Positions 60,370-64,000 of a stretch of 64,000 bases of DNA are shown here, piece after piece. The first letter of the stretch is position 1, and every line of letters begins with the position of its first letter. The stretch is taken from positions 1-64,000 of the forward strand of contig JBNRMN010000020.1 of NCBI GenBank assembly GCA_050309605.1, given 5' to 3'. The position numbers were made by a program, and so were the translations under genes. The notes below the pieces were generated by a model, which saw only the letters and a list, made by a program, of their open reading frames with translations, had not been told where the DNA came from and made no database searches. The stretch comes from Anaerohalosphaeraceae bacterium (GTDB lineage Bacteria > Planctomycetota > Phycisphaerae > Sedimentisphaerales > Anaerohalosphaeraceae).

Positions 60370-62652
60370 ATGGAAACTACACTGATCAATCCGGATTATA
60401 TCACATCGATCGCCAAAGAACTGAACAGTCGCCCCGAACAGGTCCGGGCCGTTGCCGAACTGCTGGCCGAAGAGGCCACCGTGCCGTTTATCGCCCGCTA
60501 TCGCAAAGAGGCAACCGGCAGTCTGGATGAAGTGGCGATTACCCGGATTCGCGACCGGCTGATTCAGCTTGCCGAGCTGGCCCAGCGACGAGAGGCGATA
60601 CTCCATTCGCTTAATGAACGCGGGTTGCTGACTGAGGAGTTGAAAGATCAGATCGAGCAGGCCGCGACGATGACGGCGCTGGAAGATATTTATCTACCCT
60701 ACCGTCCCAAGCGCCGCACCCGTGCGACGATGGCGCGCGAAAAGGGACTGGAGCCGCTGGCGGAGATGTTGCTGGCTCAGCAGACAGACACCGATCCGCT
60801 TGCCGAGGCGGCGGCCTTTATTGACTCGGAAAAAGGCGTTGACGATGCGGCGGCCGCGCTGGCGGGAGCACGGGATATCATCGCCGAGACCATCAGCGAA
60901 GACAAAACCAGTCGGGAGAAGATCCGTCAATTATATCTGCACAAGGCCGTGTTTCACAGCAAAGTCATTGCCGGCAAGGAGGCTGAGGGCTTTAAGTATG
61001 AAAACTATTTTGACTGGCAGGAGCCGGCGGCAACCGCCCCGTCGCATCGCGTGCTGGCCATGCGACGCGGCGAAAAAGAAGGGGTTTTGACGCTGCGGGT
61101 GGTCGCGCCTGATGATGAGGCCCTGGATATTCTTCATCAGATGTTTATTCGCAGCCGGGGCGCATGCAGTGAACACGTTAAAGAGGCCATCGCCGACGGC
61201 TACAAGCGGCTGCTGGGTCCGTCGATGGAAACGGAGGTGCGTCTGGAGGCTAAAAAACGAGCCGACCAAGAGGCCATTCGTGTTTTTGCCGACAATCTGC
61301 GTCAGCTCCTGATGGCCTCGCCGCTCGGTCAAAAACGGGTACTGGGCATCGATCCGGGTTTTCGCACAGGCTGTAAAATTGCCTGGGTGGATCGACAGGG
61401 TAAACTGCTGGGGCACGATGTGATTTATCCGCACAACGGCCCGCAGGCCGCTGCGCAGGCCGCCGAGAAAATCAAGGCAATATGCAGCACCTTTGCGATC
61501 GAAGCCATCGCTGTAGGCAACGGCACGGCCGGGCGCGAGACCGAAACGTTTGTACGAGGCATCGGACTGGACCAAGCGATTTCCGTCGTGATGGTCAATG
61601 AAAGCGGCGCGTCGGTTTATTCGGCTTCGGACGCGGCGCGGGAAGAGTTTCCCGCTGAGGATTTGACCGTTCGGGGCACGGTGTCAATTGCCCGCCGACT
61701 GATGGATCCGCTGGCCGAACTGGTCAAGATTGATCCCAAATCCATCGGCGTCGGTCAGTATCAGCACGATGTGGATCAGCTCTTACTCAAACAGGGACTG
61801 GATGATGTGGTCGTCAGTTGCGTTAACGGCGTAGGGGTAGAGGTCAACACCGCCAGCAAGCAGTTGCTGACGTATGTGTCGGGGCTGGGACCGCAGTTGG
61901 CCCACAACATAGTGGCCTACCGCAATGAACACGGGCCGTTTCGTTCGCGCCGGGATTTGCTGAATGTGCCGCGGCTCGGCGCCAAGGCATTCGAACAGGC
62001 GGGCGGTTTTTTGCGGATTCGCGATGCCGACAATCCGCTCGACGCCAGCGCCGTTCACCCGGAAAGTTATCCGATCGTTGAACGGATGGCCTCGGATTTG
62101 AATTGCACCGTCAAGAACTTGATGACGTGTGCCGAATTGCGCAGTCAAATCAAGCCGCAGGCGTATATCACCGAAACCGTCGGCCTGCCGACGCTGAATG
62201 ATATCCTCGATGAACTGGCTCGTCCGGGACGCGATCCGCGCGAACAATTTGAGGCGTTTGCGTTTGCCGAAGGCGTTTCGACCATCGACGATTTAACCGT
62301 CGGGATGAAACTGCCGGGGATTGTCACCAACATCACAGCGTTCGGGGCGTTTGTGGATATCGGCGTACATCAGGACGGTCTGGTGCATATCAGCGAACTG
62401 GCCGACCGGTTCGTTAAAAATCCCGCCGACGTGGTCAAGGTTCACCAAAAGGTTACGGTTACCGTGATGGATGTGGATACAGCCAAACGCCGCATCAAAT
62501 TATCCATGAAAAAGGTTCCCGGCAGCAAACCGACCCCGAAACCGCGAGGCGAAAAACCAAAACACAAACCCAGACAACAACCCAAATCGAGCGACGCAGC
62601 ATCGAAAAAAACAGGTCGGCTCATCGACCAGTTGACACTGGGGATGAATTAA
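60370..62652 (+). CDS. tex: Tex/YhgF family RNA-binding transcriptional accessory protein
   Basis: TVPFIARYRKE.TG.LDE, LEDIYLPY, GIDPGFRTGCK, IGVGQYQHD, S1 domain. Confidence 0.96.
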   Translation: METTLINPDYITSIAKELNSRPEQVRAVAELLAEEATVPFIARYRKEATGSLDEVAITRIRDRLIQLAELAQRREAILHSLNERGLLTEELKDQIEQAATMTALEDIYLPYRPKRRTRATMAREKGLEPLAEMLLAQQTDTDPLAEAAAFIDSEKGVDDAAAALAGARDIIAETISEDKTSREKIRQLYLHKAVFHSKVIAGKEAEGFKYENYFDWQEPAATAPSHRVLAMRRGEKEGVLTLRVVAPDDEALDILHQMFIRSRGACSEHVKEAIADGYKRLLGPSMETEVRLEAKKRADQEAIRVFADNLRQLLMASPLGQKRVLGIDPGFRTGCKIAWVDRQGKLLGHDVIYPHNGPQAAAQAAEKIKAICSTFAIEAIAVGNGTAGRETETFVRGIGLDQAISVVMVNESGASVYSASDAAREEFPAEDLTVRGTVSIARRLMDPLAELVKIDPKSIGVGQYQHDVDQLLLKQGLDDVVVSCVNGVGVEVNTASKQLLTYVSGLGPQLAHNIVAYRNEHGPFRSRRDLLNVPRLGAKAFEQAGGFLRIRDADNPLDASAVHPESYPIVERMASDLNCTVKNLMTCAELRSQIKPQAYITETVGLPTLNDILDELARPGRDPREQFEAFAFAEGVSTIDDLTVGMKLPGIVTNITAFGAFVDIGVHQDGLVHISELADRFVKNPADVVKVHQKVTVTVMDVDTAKRRIKLSMKKVPGSKPTPKPRGEKPKHKPRQQPKSSDAASKKTGRLIDQLTLGMN

Positions 62653-62682
62653 AAAACGGGCAGACGCAACCGCCCGCCCGTT
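62651..62682 (-). terminator. Intrinsic terminator for the DUF4340 operon
   Basis: AACGGGCGGGCG-GTTG-CGTCTGCCCGTT-TTTT on the minus strand. Confidence 0.7.
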
Positions 62683-62715
62683 CAGGGTCTATCGGCTGAC
62701 AATCCGTCTTGAAAA

Positions 62716-63840
62716 TCAGATCTCGTCCGAGGCAGCCTCAGCGTTCTGATCCGCCGCCGTCTGTTCCCCGGCAGGTTCAGGCGCCGGCTTGTCTTCCAGC
62801 AACTCGTCCAGCGGCTTGGTCAGATCGTCGGCCTTCCACGACGACAGGGCATAAATCCAGCCCTTATGGCGCTGGGCAAATTCCTTGGCCGCGTCCATCG
62901 CCAGCAGTTTGGCTTCTTTTTTCTTCAGCTCATCCGGCGAATCTTCCCTGCTGATCTGAACCGGCGCTGTATCCATAAATTCCGCCGTAACCGTTGCGTA
63001 TGTCGTGTCCTCGTGTTCGGCCAGCAGTAAGGTATAAACGGTCGAGTCCGCCAGTCGGCAGACATAACTTCGATCAAATACCAAATCGTCCGGCGCATTT
63101 CCAGCGGCAATCACATCTTCGAACCGAAGCGAGCCAAGCGCTCTGAACACCGTCCGATAGGCCGTGCCCTTGAACTGCTTGTCTTCGGGCATTCCTTCAA
63201 GCACAATCGTCTGCTCATCGTCCGCCATTTTGAGCACGTATTCACCTTCCGGGCCGCGAACGGTGACCTGCCGAATTGTCTCGCTGTCGGCCTCAATCAG
63301 TGCAGTATTCACATAAGCAGTCGCGCCCGTCGATAGCCACGGCGGATTCTGAATAAAATAGGTATCGTCGCCGGCGGTCAGCCGGGCAAACGCGCCGTCA
63401 CGGTCGGGAGACGTTTCCGAAACCATAATGCCGGTGATTTCATCTCCGTCCGCATTGAAAAAACGCACAACATAACGCGCCGTCTGTTCGGTCACTCCCA
63501 GTTCGGCGTGATTGTCCGGATTGGAAGTGATACGCTCGGCGGCGCGAATGTCCAGGCAATCGCTCAGCAGCCGATTCACGGCGCTGATAGTGGCCGGATA
63601 GCCGTCCTTTTCGGCCACGGTAAATCGCCCGTTGGTTCGGGTCAGCGTCACGGTGTTAGCGCCCTGCTCGGAGGTAAGGGTTATCCGGGCAATGGCCTCC
63701 GGAGCAAGCCCCTGAATCAGCGGCGCCCGCAGGGCCGTCCGGTGTGCTCCGGTGCGATGGACAAGCCGATTCTGCAACACCGCCCATCCGGCCAATATCA
63801 CGGCCGCTGCCGCCAATATCGCAAGCTTCCTGTCTGTCAT
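62716..63840 (-). CDS. DUF4340 domain-containing protein
   Basis: N-terminal TM; repeated beta/alpha units (GYPA..LL..L..ELGV); sits downstream of a GldG-like gene. Confidence 0.75.
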   Translation of the reverse strand: MTDRKLAILAAAAVILAGWAVLQNRLVHRTGAHRTALRAPLIQGLAPEAIARITLTSEQGANTVTLTRTNGRFTVAEKDGYPATISAVNRLLSDCLDIRAAERITSNPDNHAELGVTEQTARYVVRFFNADGDEITGIMVSETSPDRDGAFARLTAGDDTYFIQNPPWLSTGATAYVNTALIEADSETIRQVTVRGPEGEYVLKMADDEQTIVLEGMPEDKQFKGTAYRTVFRALGSLRFEDVIAAGNAPDDLVFDRSYVCRLADSTVYTLLLAEHEDTTYATVTAEFMDTAPVQISREDSPDELKKKEAKLLAMDAAKEFAQRHKGWIYALSSWKADDLTKPLDELLEDKPAPEPAGEQTAADQNAEAASDEI

Positions 63841-63866
63841 CTTACATCTCCACGTCGTTGTCTCGG

Positions 63867-64000
63867 TTATGCGTCGCTGGCATGGCTGATATAATACCGC
63901 CGGCGAATGCTGCGATGCACGCCGATGCCGATGGCGATCAGCAGCGTCAGGATCGGTCCGGGCAGCGTACAGAAATTGCGCATACGGACTTTGAGATTTT
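63867..64000 (-). CDS. C-terminus of a membrane protein, probably a GldG-like ABC accessory component (partial)
   Basis: ..NFCTLPGPILTLLIAIGIGVHRSIRRRYYISHASDA*: TM followed by a basic tail, upstream of DUF4340. Confidence 0.5.
   Translation of the reverse strand, partial: NLKVRMRNFCTLPGPILTLLIAIGIGVHRSIRRRYYISHASDA

Noticed and set aside
54325..62652. Nuclease cluster (SNase, rnd, xth, tex) as an anti-phage defence island
   Set aside because: All are ordinary housekeeping families, interleaved with lysC, with no mobility or defence signatures.

Overview
64 kb of bacterial chromosome, most likely from an anaerobic planctomycete of the class Phycisphaerae. This lineage call is an inference from the dockerin-like/FGE protein, PEP-CTERM proteins, short PheT and REP style. 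Left to right: (1) the end of a probable IS66-family element, then rtcB, an HAD/trehalose-phosphatase (otsB-like) gene and a GH65 gene; (2) a 27 kb minus-strand flagellar locus, flgD-flgE-PilZ-flgFGAHIJNKL followed by a 12.7 kb island of TPR-glycosyltransferases, a methyltransferase and a 1351-aa B12-radical-SAM/GT/methyltransferase fusion, then fliD, with sigma54 promoters and a divergent FleQ/FlrA-like activator; (3) exbBD and two PEP-CTERM genes, one frameshifted; (4) etfB-etfA-acyl-CoA dehydrogenase, a dockerin-FGE gene, clpB with a sigma54-type promoter, 6S RNA and pheT; (5) a TolC/MacAB-type exporter, thermonuclease, lysC, rnd, xth, a 513-aa HPr-domain protein, tex and DUF4340/GldG-like genes. 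The best candidates for undescribed biology are the flagellar glycan-building and methylating island (including an apparent active/pseudo-enzyme GT4 pair), the giant split-HPr protein, a possible -1 frameshift fusing OtsB to GH65, and a C-terminus resembling a diversity-generating retroelement (DGR) target behind a structured leader. All calls come from reading motifs by eye; no database searches were run.
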